NCBI GenBank assembly: GCA_963668655.2
Contig: CAXXPQ010000001.1
Span: 663,318-727,317 of the forward strand
From: Myxococcota bacterium
Lineage (GTDB): Bacteria > Myxococcota_A > SURF-8
Direction of reading: 5' to 3'
Length of the DNA: 64,000 bases
Of this stretch, positions 46,289 through 56,000 are shown one piece after another. How positions within the stretch are numbered: position 1 is the first letter of the stretch; the number at the start of each line of letters is the position of its first letter. Under the pieces are notes generated by a model. That model was given only the letters and a program-made list of their open reading frames with translations, searched no databases and was not told the origin of the DNA. The position numbers and the translations under genes are program-made.

Positions 46289-48241
46289 TTGTGCGGAATC
46301 GCGGGCATGGTGGGCAGGGGAAGACCTGCGGAGGAAATCCGGGAAACGCTTCGTGAAATGGGCCGGGTTCAGGCCCATCGGGGGCCGGACGATCGCCGGG
46401 AATGCGTCTATGATTACGGGAATGTTTCCATAGGATTCGGTTTCGTGCGCCTTTCGATCCTGGATCTCGAAACCGGCATGCAGCCCATCCGGGCCGAGGC
46501 CGACGATACCGCCATTATCTGCAATGGACAGATCTACAATCACCCGGAATTGAAAGAGAAACTCGCGGGCGAGATCTTCCGGACCCGGGGCGACGTGGAA
46601 ACCGCCCTGCATTTATATCGCCGGAAAGGCATCGATTTCCTTCAGGATCTGAACGGCATGTACGCGGGTGCGATTTTCGATCCCCGGCGCGGGCGGTTGT
46701 TTCTGTTCCGAGATCGTTTCGGCATCAAGCCGCTGTATTATGCCGAGCAGGGCGGACGGTTTTATTTTTCCTCCGAAATCAAGCCTTTGCTCGCCGCCGG
46801 GATCGAGGCCCGTCCAGGCACGGATCGATTGGCGGAATGGTTCACTTACCGCTATTTACCCGGCGGAAACACCCTGTTTTCCGGCATCCGCAAACTTCCG
46901 CCCGGTTCGTACCTGGACATGAATCTTCGGGACGGATCCTGGAAAATCGTGCGATATTGGGAACTTCGCTTCGGCGAAGGAGATTCGTCCCTCTCCGAGG
47001 ACGAAGCCGCCGATGAAATCGCGCGGCTGTTTTCCGACGCCGTGCGCATCCGGCTGCGTTCCGACGTAGAGGTGGGATCGCTGCTCTCCGGGGGGATCGA
47101 TTCTTCCGCCGTGGCGTCCAAGGCGGCGGAATTCCAACCTGATTTACGGCTCTTCACCATCGGCTTCGAGGAACGGAAATACGACGAATCCGCCGACGTG
47201 CGTGCTTTTCTTGCCGCCGATCCCATGCGTTTCGGCCGTGCCCGTCCGGAAACTCGGCTTTGTGCGCGGGAGGCGCTTCACGACCTGCCCGAACTGGTCC
47301 GGGCGGTGGAGGAACCCATCGTCCTGGCCGCCATGCTGCCCACGGACCGGGTTTGTCATCTGGCGTCCGACCGGGTGAAGGTGGCGCTCACCGGGGAAGG
47401 CGCGGATGAAATCTTTGCCGGATACCGAAAATTCATGCTGGAGATGGCCGCAGGAGCCTTCAAAAACGCCTCCGAAACGGAACGGGAAGCGCTTTTGCGG
47501 GATTATCCCGAACTGGTCGCCTACCTGCCGAGACGCCACCCGGATCCGGCGCGGCGCTACATTCAGAGCGAGGCTTTGTTTGCGCCCGAAGAACTGGCGC
47601 GGCTCCTGAATCGAGAGATCACGGAGGCTTTACCACCGGAAGAGGCTCTTCCCGTTCTGCGCGGCGACGAGCATCCCCTGGACGCCATGCAGGCCATGGA
47701 GTGCCGCTTCCGCCTGCCGGATTACGTGATTTTACGCCTGGACAAACTTTCCATGCGCCACTCCCTGGAGACACGCACCCCGTTTCTGGATTATCGCCTG
47801 GCGGAGTTCGCGGCAGGACTTCCCGACCGGTACAAAGCCAATCTTCCGGAAAGACGGGAGAAAAACATTCTTCGACGCGCCTTCCGGCGGGCGGGAATTT
47901 TGAACGAAGGCGGCGCTTTGCGTCCCAAACAGCTTTTCACCGCGCCGCTGGCCCGCTGGCTGTCCGATCCCGATCCCCGAAACCGGCCGGACTTCCTGCG
48001 GGAGATCCTGGAAGGAGACGAGATTCATCGGCAGGGAATTCTGGATCCCGGCATGGTGAAGGAACTGGCCGCCTCGATCCGAACGCAAACCGTGGGTCCG
48101 GAAACCCTGGTGAGTTCCGCCGACCAGGTGTTCGGCGTGGTGATTTTTACCTTATGGAACCGCATTTTCATGGAGACGACGGCCGGAACGATATCTAAGC
48201 GAAAACGCAATGTTGGAAATTACGCAAACGAACGGAAGTGA
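46289..48241 (+). CDS. Asparagine synthase (glutamine-hydrolysing) family amidotransferase
   Basis: The TTG start is immediately followed by Cys (M-CGIAGM), as required for the Ntn amidotransferase nucleophile. AAGGAG lies 9 nt upstream. PP-loop SGGIDSS. Confidence 0.85.
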   Translation: MCGIAGMVGRGRPAEEIRETLREMGRVQAHRGPDDRRECVYDYGNVSIGFGFVRLSILDLETGMQPIRAEADDTAIICNGQIYNHPELKEKLAGEIFRTRGDVETALHLYRRKGIDFLQDLNGMYAGAIFDPRRGRLFLFRDRFGIKPLYYAEQGGRFYFSSEIKPLLAAGIEARPGTDRLAEWFTYRYLPGGNTLFSGIRKLPPGSYLDMNLRDGSWKIVRYWELRFGEGDSSLSEDEAADEIARLFSDAVRIRLRSDVEVGSLLSGGIDSSAVASKAAEFQPDLRLFTIGFEERKYDESADVRAFLAADPMRFGRARPETRLCAREALHDLPELVRAVEEPIVLAAMLPTDRVCHLASDRVKVALTGEGADEIFAGYRKFMLEMAAGAFKNASETEREALLRDYPELVAYLPRRHPDPARRYIQSEALFAPEELARLLNREITEALPPEEALPVLRGDEHPLDAMQAMECRFRLPDYVILRLDKLSMRHSLETRTPFLDYRLAEFAAGLPDRYKANLPERREKNILRRAFRRAGILNEGGALRPKQLFTAPLARWLSDPDPRNRPDFLREILEGDEIHRQGILDPGMVKELAASIRTQTVGPETLVSSADQVFGVVIFTLWNRIFMETTAGTISKRKRNVGNYANERK

Positions 48242-48251
48242 GAATCACGCT

Positions 48252-49169
48252 ATGAGCTTTCAACCGGACGATTTCATCCGTGTCTGCACGAAGCACATCC
48301 TGAACCTCTTCGAGACCCACGCCTACAAAGGGCCTCGCACCTATGGCTTCGAGTACGAGTTCCTGCCCCATCGGACCATCGGCCCGGATACGGTGGAAGA
48401 GATGAAATCCTTCCTGATATCCTATGGATGCGAAGAAGAGCCCGATCGTCTGATGACGCCCGTGGGGATGTGCATTACCTTCGAGCCCGGCGGCCAGATC
48501 GAGTATTGCAGTCCGACCTTTCCCCTGCGCGGCGGCAAGACCCGGGAACGCCTTCTGAGTTATATCGAAAAGACCAACCGGGCCCTTGAAGAGCGTTTCG
48601 GTGTCCTCTATCTCGCCACGGGTTACCTGCCCGGCAGGGCGGACGCTCCCCTTTGTCGCCTGGAAAAACGCTATCGTAATCTCCACGAACGCCTGGGACG
48701 CACCGGAAGCCGGGGACGAGAAATGATGAAAGGCACGGCCTCGGTTCACCTGCATGTGGGCATCCGCAATCCGAAAGACCTGGCGCCCGTATACCGCCGC
48801 CTGGTGGAACTGACGGCGAATCCGGAATTCGCCATGTCCGCCGAACGCCGCGACATCTGGAAAAACACCGATCCCTGCCGCTCCGGACTGCCCGATCTCG
48901 ATCCGGAAGTCATGAAGAATTCAGAGGTTTTACTGGGTGGGTTGATTCGCCATGCCCTGGGAGCGGATGTCCTGGGAACGGACCGGCCGTTCTTCGAGAC
49001 CGAACGGTCCGATCTGGAAGGTTTTCTGGACCATTTCACCACGATTTTCACGGATGTACGCATCAATCTGAAAGGCCCCAGCGTGGAATTGCGCACGCCG
49101 GACAGCATGCCCTTCGATATCTTCCGGAAGAAGTGGACCTGTTTTACCGAAATCATGGAAACGGTATGA
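48252..49169 (+). CDS. Glutamate--cysteine ligase family 2 (GCS2/plant-type/EgtA-like) protein, short form
   Basis: YGFEYEF (E-x-E metal site region), GTASVHLHVG and FLDHFTTIFTDVRIN..ELRTPDS resemble GCS2 motifs (HLTTLFPEVRLK). At 305 aa it is shorter than canonical enzymes. Confidence 0.6.
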   Translation: MSFQPDDFIRVCTKHILNLFETHAYKGPRTYGFEYEFLPHRTIGPDTVEEMKSFLISYGCEEEPDRLMTPVGMCITFEPGGQIEYCSPTFPLRGGKTRERLLSYIEKTNRALEERFGVLYLATGYLPGRADAPLCRLEKRYRNLHERLGRTGSRGREMMKGTASVHLHVGIRNPKDLAPVYRRLVELTANPEFAMSAERRDIWKNTDPCRSGLPDLDPEVMKNSEVLLGGLIRHALGADVLGTDRPFFETERSDLEGFLDHFTTIFTDVRINLKGPSVELRTPDSMPFDIFRKKWTCFTEIMETV

Positions 49170-49203
49170 CCGCATTTGAGATGCCGCAAAAGGAGAACCG
49201 AAC

Positions 49204-49458
49204 ATGAAACCCGTCGAAATCTATTGTTCCGCCGTCTGTCCCTATTGCGTCAAGGCCAAGCGTCTTCTGGATGAAAAAGGCGTGCGTTATACCGAGTATC
49301 GCGTGGATGGAGACGCCCAACTGGCGGCCCGATGCCGCGAACGAAGCGGCCGCGCCACCGTTCCCCAGATTTTCATCGGAGATACCCACGTGGGCGGTTG
49401 CGACGATCTCCACGACCTGGAACGGGCCGGAAAACTGGATTCCCTCTTGCGGGACTGA
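49204..49458 (+). CDS. grxC: Glutaredoxin 3
   Basis: 84 aa. CPYC active site, TVPQIFI and GGCDDL motifs. AAAGGAG RBS. Confidence 0.9.
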   Translation: MKPVEIYCSAVCPYCVKAKRLLDEKGVRYTEYRVDGDAQLAARCRERSGRATVPQIFIGDTHVGGCDDLHDLERAGKLDSLLRD

Positions 49459-49469
49459 AACGACGCGGG

Positions 49470-49868
49470 TTACGGACTCTTGAATCCGCAACGCTCCTCG
49501 ATTTCCTCGCAGGCCGAGCCCACCAGGCAGGCGGCCATTCCTACCGTAATCGCGCCCTCGTCCTCGCAAGTCAGAAAACAGTCCGCCAGCCATGAATCCG
49601 CCAACAACTCGCTTCCGCCATGAAAGGAACGATCGCATTCCCGGAACTTGATGCAGGCCGCCCGACACAGGCGTTTGCCGGCCGGTTCCGCCGATCCCGC
49701 GCCGTCGTCCGTCAGATTGTAATTCTCGCTGACATAGGAGCACTTGCAGTCTTCGTCGTCGCAACCTCCCGGACAATCGCACTGCCGATCCATCGTACTG
49801 CCGGACAGGATCAGTGTCGCCAACGTCACGATCATGCCCATGGATATGGTTTGCATTCGCCGTTTCAT
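49470..49868 (-). CDS. Small secreted cysteine-rich protein (132 aa, 12 Cys)
   Basis: GGAGGTG RBS before the ATG at 49868 (MKRRMQTISMGMIVTLATLILSG...). The rest of ORF 49470..50276 is intergenic repeat sequence. Confidence 0.6.
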   Translation of the reverse strand: MKRRMQTISMGMIVTLATLILSGSTMDRQCDCPGGCDDEDCKCSYVSENYNLTDDGAGSAEPAGKRLCRAACIKFRECDRSFHGGSELLADSWLADCFLTCEDEGAITVGMAACLVGSACEEIEERCGFKSP

Positions 49869-50028
49869 GGTCACCTCCGCGAAAGAAAAAACTGCTTTCC
49901 ATCGCCAGTATACCACTGAAATCCGCCCGTGGCACGATTCGAATTTCCCCGTCAGCCATTCCCCCGAACTCACGGCCGATCTGCGGGTCGGGCCCGGAAC
50001 GTCCGTTCGAGCACGGCCCCGGCCGCCC

Positions 50029-50286
50029 CGGTCTGGCATGGTTTTTGCTCCGGCACGCCTTTTGCTCCGGCATGCGGATTGCGTTCCGGTTATTGTAATG
50101 AAATCAATGGTTTGCAATCTCCATGCCGGTTGCAAAAGGCGCGCCGGACAGCCCGGATCACGTGAAAACCGTTCGGATAAAAGTCGTCTCCCGGCGCTTT
50201 CTTTCCGCCCGGAAAGCGCCGGGAAATCCCTGCGATTCCAAGCGGTTTTCGCGCGAACGGGCTTGCAAAAACCCATGCCAGACCGG
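50029..50286. repeat. Nested-palindromic intergenic element, copy B
   Basis: TIR CCGGTCTGGCATGGTTTTTGC (50029-50048) versus GCAAAAACCCATGCCAGACCGG (50265-50286). Left module aligns to copy A. Core 12-bp hairpin at 50190-50223. Confidence 0.85.
50113..50146 (-). promoter_or_regulatory. Tandem sigma-54 -24/-12-like boxes facing the small Cys-rich protein gene
   Basis: Minus strand reads CGGCGCGCCTTTTGCA then CCGGCATGGAGATTGCA, ~235 nt upstream of the ATG at 49868. Confidence 0.3.
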
Positions 50287-50345
50287 GGCGGCCGGGGATT
50301 GGAGGAAGGGGGCGATTGCGGAGGAACCCGTGACTTTCGGCGCGT

Positions 50346-51164
50346 TCAGGCCGTACGGATCGATTTCCGGATCATGCGGTCGGTGATGTGCTCCACCAAG
50401 CCGGGAGCCAGGCGTTTGGCCCAGTGAACGAGATGGCCATCGATTCCGGGAATGATGAGGAAGCGATTTTTACGTATCCCGGCCAGGAGATCCCGTGCGA
50501 CCTCATCCGCCGTTAAAAGTTTCGCTCCGGCGGAGACCGCCGCGGTTTCGGGCGGCTTGGTGCGATTCTCCCGGTGCAGGCCCGGGGTGTCGGTGTCCGG
50601 GGGGCAGAGCACGGACACGGCGATATTGTGAGATTTCAGTTCGGAACGCAGAGCTTCCGAAAAGCCGATCAGAGCGAATTTCCCGGCGCTGTAGGCGGTG
50701 AATCCGTAGACGCCGATGAATCCGGCGATTGAGGAGGTGTTGACGATGTGGCCGCCTGTTTTCTTCATAGCGGGAAGCAGAGCCGCGATGGTGTTGCGGC
50801 TGCCGTAGAGATTGACTTTCAGCACATGGTCGAAGCGTTCGTATGAAATGTCCTCGAAGCGGCCGGGGAGGCTCTGACCGGCGCAATTGATTAAAAGATC
50901 GGGGGCCCCGTATCGTTCGACACATGCGGCACAGACCCGATCGACGGCCCGGGGGTCGGTGACGTCCAGCGGGTGGGAGAAGACGGCGTTCATTCCGTTG
51001 GGCGCGTATTCGGCCACGGCCTGGCGAGCGGCATGCAGGCGGTTTTCGTCGCGGGCGAAGAGCACCGGGCGTGCCCCGGACCGGGCCAGCCGTATCGCGG
51101 CGGCGAGTCCGATGCCGCTGGAGGCGCCGAAGAGAAACGCGGTGCGGCCGCTGAAGGATTTCAC
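50346..51164 (-). CDS. Short-chain dehydrogenase/reductase (SDR), 3-ketosphinganine-reductase-like
   Basis: The GTG start overlaps the GT2 stop (GTGA). Motifs GASSGIGLA (TGxxxGxG), NCAG and YSAGKFA (YxxxK). The upstream part of ORF 50346..52220 is a different frame product and is rejected. Confidence 0.8.
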   Translation of the reverse strand: MKSFSGRTAFLFGASSGIGLAAAIRLARSGARPVLFARDENRLHAARQAVAEYAPNGMNAVFSHPLDVTDPRAVDRVCAACVERYGAPDLLINCAGQSLPGRFEDISYERFDHVLKVNLYGSRNTIAALLPAMKKTGGHIVNTSSIAGFIGVYGFTAYSAGKFALIGFSEALRSELKSHNIAVSVLCPPDTDTPGLHRENRTKPPETAAVSAGAKLLTADEVARDLLAGIRKNRFLIIPGIDGHLVHWAKRLAPGLVEHITDRMIRKSIRTA

Positions 51165-52186
51165 GGGAGGCGCTCGCTTTGCGGAAGGTCCGGCTCTGTC
51201 CGGCGTTCGAGCAGCAGGCGCAGTTCCCGGTTCTGTCTTTCGATACGATACAGTTCGCGCCGGTTGCTGACGATGAGAATGGCCAAGAGGCCGAAGGACA
51301 ATAGCTGGATACCGCCCAGAAAGAGCAGGACCAGCAGGGTCATGAAGGGGCGGTTGGGGTTGAGAGCGGCGGTCTGCCAGAGATAGACCAGATAGCCTCC
51401 CAGAAGCAGGCTGCAAAGCATGGCGAAGAAGCCCATCAAACCGAAGAGCAGGAAGGGACGTTCGGCGAAGACGAAGGCCAGGTGACTGCTCACGACGGGA
51501 AAGACGCGGCTTTTGCTGGTTCCGCGCTTGCGGCTGGTGAGTGTGGCGGGAATCTCCATGACCTTGTAACCCAGGCTCAGCGCCTTGGCCAGGATCTCCA
51601 GGTGAATTTCCTTGCCGTCGGATTCGATGTCCAGCCGTTCGAGCACCTCCCGGCGGTAGGCGCGGACGACGCAGGTGATGGTGCGGATGTTTCCGGGCAG
51701 GGTGGCGCGGATCAGGCGGTTTCCGAGTTTCGATATCATCAGGCGCGAAAACGGAACGCTTTCCACCCGGCCGCCCGGCATGTAGGCGCTGGCCAGAACG
51801 ATGTCCACTCCCGGGTTTTCCGTCAAGGCCCGCGCCATGCGGACGACGTGGTCGGGCGAGTAACTCAGGTCCGCGTCGATGGCGGCGACGAGTTCTCCCC
51901 GGGCGGCGGCGAAGCCCGTTTTCAGCGCCCGTCCCCGCCCCACGTTGACCGGATATCCGGCGGGTCGGACGCGGGGGTCGGCATGGGCCGCCTCGGCCAG
52001 AATCGCGTCGGTGCCGTCGGTGCTGCCGTCGTTGACGGGAACCAGTTCGAAATCGCCAAGTCCGGATCTTTCCAGGACTTCCGCCACCGCCGTCAGGGTG
52101 TGTCGCGCGTTCTCGGCCTCGTTGAACATGGGAATGACCACCGAGAGGCTGGGTCGGGAAAAGGTTTTTTCGGGCGATGAATTCAT
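51161..52186 (-). CDS. GT2 polyprenyl-phosphate glycosyltransferase (GtrB/DPM1/ArnC-like) with two C-terminal TM helices
   Basis: SVVIPMFNEAEN, VNDGSTDGT and the AIDADLS (DxD) motif. Two C-terminal hydrophobic helices as in GtrB. Confidence 0.8.
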   Translation of the reverse strand: MNSSPEKTFSRPSLSVVIPMFNEAENARHTLTAVAEVLERSGLGDFELVPVNDGSTDGTDAILAEAAHADPRVRPAGYPVNVGRGRALKTGFAAARGELVAAIDADLSYSPDHVVRMARALTENPGVDIVLASAYMPGGRVESVPFSRLMISKLGNRLIRATLPGNIRTITCVVRAYRREVLERLDIESDGKEIHLEILAKALSLGYKVMEIPATLTSRKRGTSKSRVFPVVSSHLAFVFAERPFLLFGLMGFFAMLCSLLLGGYLVYLWQTAALNPNRPFMTLLVLLFLGGIQLLSFGLLAILIVSNRRELYRIERQNRELRLLLERRTEPDLPQSERLP

Positions 52187-52441
52187 GGCATTCGATCCTG
52201 GATGCGTCCGTATTTTTCAAGTCCTGGAAGGGGAATCCTTTTGCGAAGCCATCATATCACAGGCCCCCGCGGCCCGAAAACGAAAAACGGAGAGTTCCGC
52301 GAGTCAAGCGTGTCGTTCAACATTCGGTAAAACGGGAAACCGTCGGAATATGTCCGTAGGGCTTGACAAGCCGCCCGACTTTGAAGAGACTGTTGCCGGG
52401 TGCCCGAGCCGGTTCCGGCTCGAACGACAAGGAGAAAAGGG

Positions 52442-52936
52442 ATGGTGAGCAGCGAAATCCTCAAGGAGATTCGTCTCTTTCGGGGACTGAGTCAGAAGGA
52501 GATCGACCTGGTGGCGGATGTGGCCACGGAATGGGAATGCGCCAAGGGGCAGTTCATTTTCAAGGAAGGCGATCAATCCGAGGTGATCTACGTCATTCGG
52601 AAAGGCGAAGTGGCCGCCCAGATTTCCGAGGGATTTCTGGTCAACCACACCGTGGCCACTCTGGGAAGCGGCGAAGCCTTCGGCGAACTGGCCTTCATCG
52701 ACCGCCAGCCCCGAACGGCCACCATTCGCTGCACCAAACCCAGCATCCTGATTTCCATCACCCGGGACGATTTCCGCCGTCTGGGGAAGGCCAACGCCAA
52801 CATTCAGCGCGTCATGTACAAGAACATCGCCCTGTTCCTGGCGGAACGCCTGCGCAGTTCCAACGAGAAACTGAAGGAACTGGTGGGCCGCAACAAGGAT
52901 CTGATCGGCCTGCTTCCCCGGCAGTTCGTGGTCTGA
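52442..52936 (+). CDS. Stand-alone cyclic-nucleotide-binding domain protein
   Basis: AAGGAG RBS before the ATG at 52442. The CNB motif FGELAFIDRQPRTATIRC is present. No HTH or other output domain. Confidence 0.8.
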   Translation: MVSSEILKEIRLFRGLSQKEIDLVADVATEWECAKGQFIFKEGDQSEVIYVIRKGEVAAQISEGFLVNHTVATLGSGEAFGELAFIDRQPRTATIRCTKPSILISITRDDFRRLGKANANIQRVMYKNIALFLAERLRSSNEKLKELVGRNKDLIGLLPRQFVV

Positions 52937-53002
52937 GGTCGTTCGTCTTTTCCATCCTTCCGCATTTTTTCGTGACCGACAGCCTGTGGTATCCATTGAA
53001 AC

Positions 53003-53027
53003 GGCGCGCACCTTTTGGGCGCGCGCC
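53003..53027. terminator. Hairpin between convergent genes (terminator-like)
   Basis: GGCGCGC-ACCTTTTGG-GCGCGCC. No clear U-tract. Confidence 0.35.
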
Positions 53028-53056
53028 GCGATGATTTCCCGAAAGTTCTCTCCGGA

Positions 53057-56000
53057 TCAGAGAATTCCCAGGTTCAGTTCCTTACGACAGCGGTAGTATT
53101 CTGGGCTGATGAAGAAGGCGATCAGTTCCCGGACGGTCTCGGCGCGCTCCTCCTCCGTCAGACGTCCCGGGTGTTTCTCCAGCGTTTTCAGCGCCGTGGC
53201 GAGATCGTTGCACAGGAGCAGCCCGGCGCGATAGGCGCTGAGACGCAGCGCCCGCCGCCAGCGCCGGATGTCCAGATCCTTGGCGGATTCCAGGTATTCC
53301 CCGATGAATCCGCCCAGGGGCTCGCGGACTTTTTTGGGAAGGCCCTTGTCGATCTTCTTCGTCAGTTCGTCCACGGCCGCCTTGTTTCCGGCCGCCTGGA
53401 ATCCGGAATCGAAAAGCCGGGCGGCGGCGTCCAGCAGGGCGCGTACGTTGCCTTCCGAAAGCATGTGCGGAATCAGGAAGTCCGGCCGGACCAGCATGGC
53501 GTTGGAGGTCATCAGGAAGACCAGTTCCCGCTGGGGGAAGTTCTCGAAGGCGTCCGCGCCGATCATGAGCGTCATGGGCTGCACCGCCAGGGGTTCCACG
53601 CCGGGGCCGTAGCCCTGTTTCATGTAGATTTCCGGCGTGGGCAGATTCAGGGTTTTCAGAATGTCCACCGTGGTGGTGCAGATGTTGATGTGTTCGGACA
53701 GGTCCAGACGATTCTTCTTCTTCAAGCCTTCCTGCCGAAGATCGGAAGGCATGACTCCGCCGATGTGGTGGTAGAGGATGTTCAGAATCTGGCCGATGCT
53801 GTGGCGGGCGTCGGGATGAAGCAGCGCGCCGGCCCAGCTTTCCCGGGAAATCGTTCCGATGGCTTCCGCCTTCAGTTCGTGCTTGTTGTCCCGATAGAAT
53901 TCCGCTGCCGGGTGGCCCTCGCCGCCCAGGTAATCCGCCACGGAGGCGAAGATGAAGGCGCGGTCGAACTCCTCGGCCCCGAAATGAATCTTCCAGAGCG
54001 CGCGATAGGCGTCCACGCGTTCGGGATCCTGTTGCAGCACCGAGTGATAGAGCTGGCGGGCCTTGTCCTGATACTTGGGGCTACGCAGGTAGAGGTCGGC
54101 CATGATTTCCGTGGTGGCGGGATTGTCCGCGTCGTAACGGCTGATGACCTCCCAAACCTGCACGGCGTCGTCCAGGTATTCGTCCCGGTTGGCCAGCAGG
54201 CGCCCCAGTTTTTTCCACATGCCCAGCCAGCGATCCGTGTCCTCCTGGGGAATGCGGGTAATCATGAGACGATAGTTGCTGTCCAGTTCGTCCCAGTCCT
54301 CCCGCTTCATCAGGAAATCCTCGATCTTTCGGAACAGATCGTCCCGGGACGGATCGATGTCCAAGGCGGCGTTGAAATATTCCAGACAATCCTTGGGGTT
54401 GGCTCCGTTCTCCATGATGAGATCGCCCAGGTGAATGTTCAGCTCCAGCCTTCGGCCGTCGTCCTCTTCCAGTTCCAGCGCTCCGCGCAGGACGCCGATG
54501 GCGTCTTCCATGTTTCCGGAACGCAAAAGCAGATCCGCCAGGCGCGTGAGCAGGGCGGGGTCGTTGGCCTTGATTTCCAGGGCATGGCGATAGGCTTCCA
54601 GTCCCTTTTCCAGGTTGTCCAGTTTTTCCGCGTAGATTTCTCCCACGGCCTTCCACTGTTCGAAGAGGTCGTCGTCCTTGACCAGCTTGATGAGCTTGGC
54701 GCGGTTCTGGAGGGCCTTCTTCCACATCTCCAGGGATTCGTAGATATTCACCAGATCCGTCAGCGCCAGCACCGAGCGCGGGTCGCGCTCCAGGGCCTTG
54801 TCGAACATGCGCACGGAGGCTTCGATTTTGCCGAGCTTGGCGTTCAGCCGTCCCAGGCGGCAGAAGAGTTCCACGATCTCCGAACCGGATTTCTTGCTTC
54901 GGAATCGAGCCAGAATGGTCTGGGTGACGCGGAAGGCGCGCTCCCAGTCTCCCCGGCGCTCCAGGGTGCGGCTGAGGCCCTCCAGGGTGGCCAGATTGTT
55001 GGAATCGATCTTGTAGGCGGTGGTGTAATGATGCAGCGCCTCGTTGTCGTTTTGCTGAAGTTCGGCGATGGTCGCCACCTTGTGATGCAGCAGCCCCTTT
55101 TCCGCCGGGGGCATGTCCGCGGCCACGTCCAGGTGGTGCAGAAGAATTTCCCGGGCCTCGTCCCAGTGTTCCCGCTCGAAGTGGATGCGTCCCAACCGTT
55201 GCAGCAGCTTGAGATGATCCGGCGCGTGGGAGAGGGCTTCCCGGTAGATGATGATGGCCTGATCCAGGTCGTTTTCCTTTTCCTCGTAATACCGGCCTTC
55301 CTCGTACATCAGGCGGCCGCGTTCTTCCGCGTCCTCCACGTACTGCTTTTCCTGGGCGAGGGTTTCCAGGAATTTGGGCCAGTCCTCCACGGCCGCGTAG
55401 TATTTGCGCAGGGCCTGCAAGGCCGGGACGAAGGTCGGGTCCAGGGCCAGCATGCGGTCGTAAACGGCCTTGGCGCTCTCGCGATCGGAAAGCTGCTCCA
55501 GGTGAATGCGGCCCACGTGGGCCAGGGCGGCCACCTTCTTCTTCATGTCCGGGGACAGATCCGCGATGCGTTCCAGCGTGGTGATGGCCCGCTCCCACTG
55601 TTCATGCGCGGCATACAGGTCCGCCAGGGCCTGCCAGGCGTCCACGTAGGTTTCGTCGATCTTCAGCGCCTTGTTGAAGAACTCCACCGCCTGGGTGGGC
55701 TGGAACATGAATTCGCCGTGGATGCGTCCCAGTTTCACGCAAAGTCCCACGATCTCGTCGGCGTCGATGCTCTGGTCCAGATGACGCTGGTAGGCGGAGG
55801 CCAGGGCGGGCCAGTCCTCGGCCTCGCGGTAGACCCGCTCCAGGGTTTCCAGGGACTTCAGGTCGGCGGGTTCCAGATCCAGGGCCTTTTCCAGGTACGA
55901 CACCGCCATGTCGGGCTGCACGAATTTTTCCAGCCAGATCATGGCCATCTTGCGATACAGGGAAACCTTCTCCTCCGTGGCCTCCGAGACGTTCACGCGG

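Noticed and set aside
46289-48241. AsnB homolog as a lasso-peptide cyclase or other RiPP enzyme
   Set aside because: No adjacent small precursor ORF, transglutaminase-like B protease, RRE or ABC exporter is present. The neighbours are a GCS2-like ligase and a glutaredoxin.
50346-52220. 624-aa ORF apparently fusing the SDR with upstream sequence
   Set aside because: Only the last ~272 aa are SDR-like. The upstream part is an R/P/G-rich out-of-frame reading of the GT2 gene. The GTG at 51164 overlapping the GT2 stop gives a normal-length SDR.
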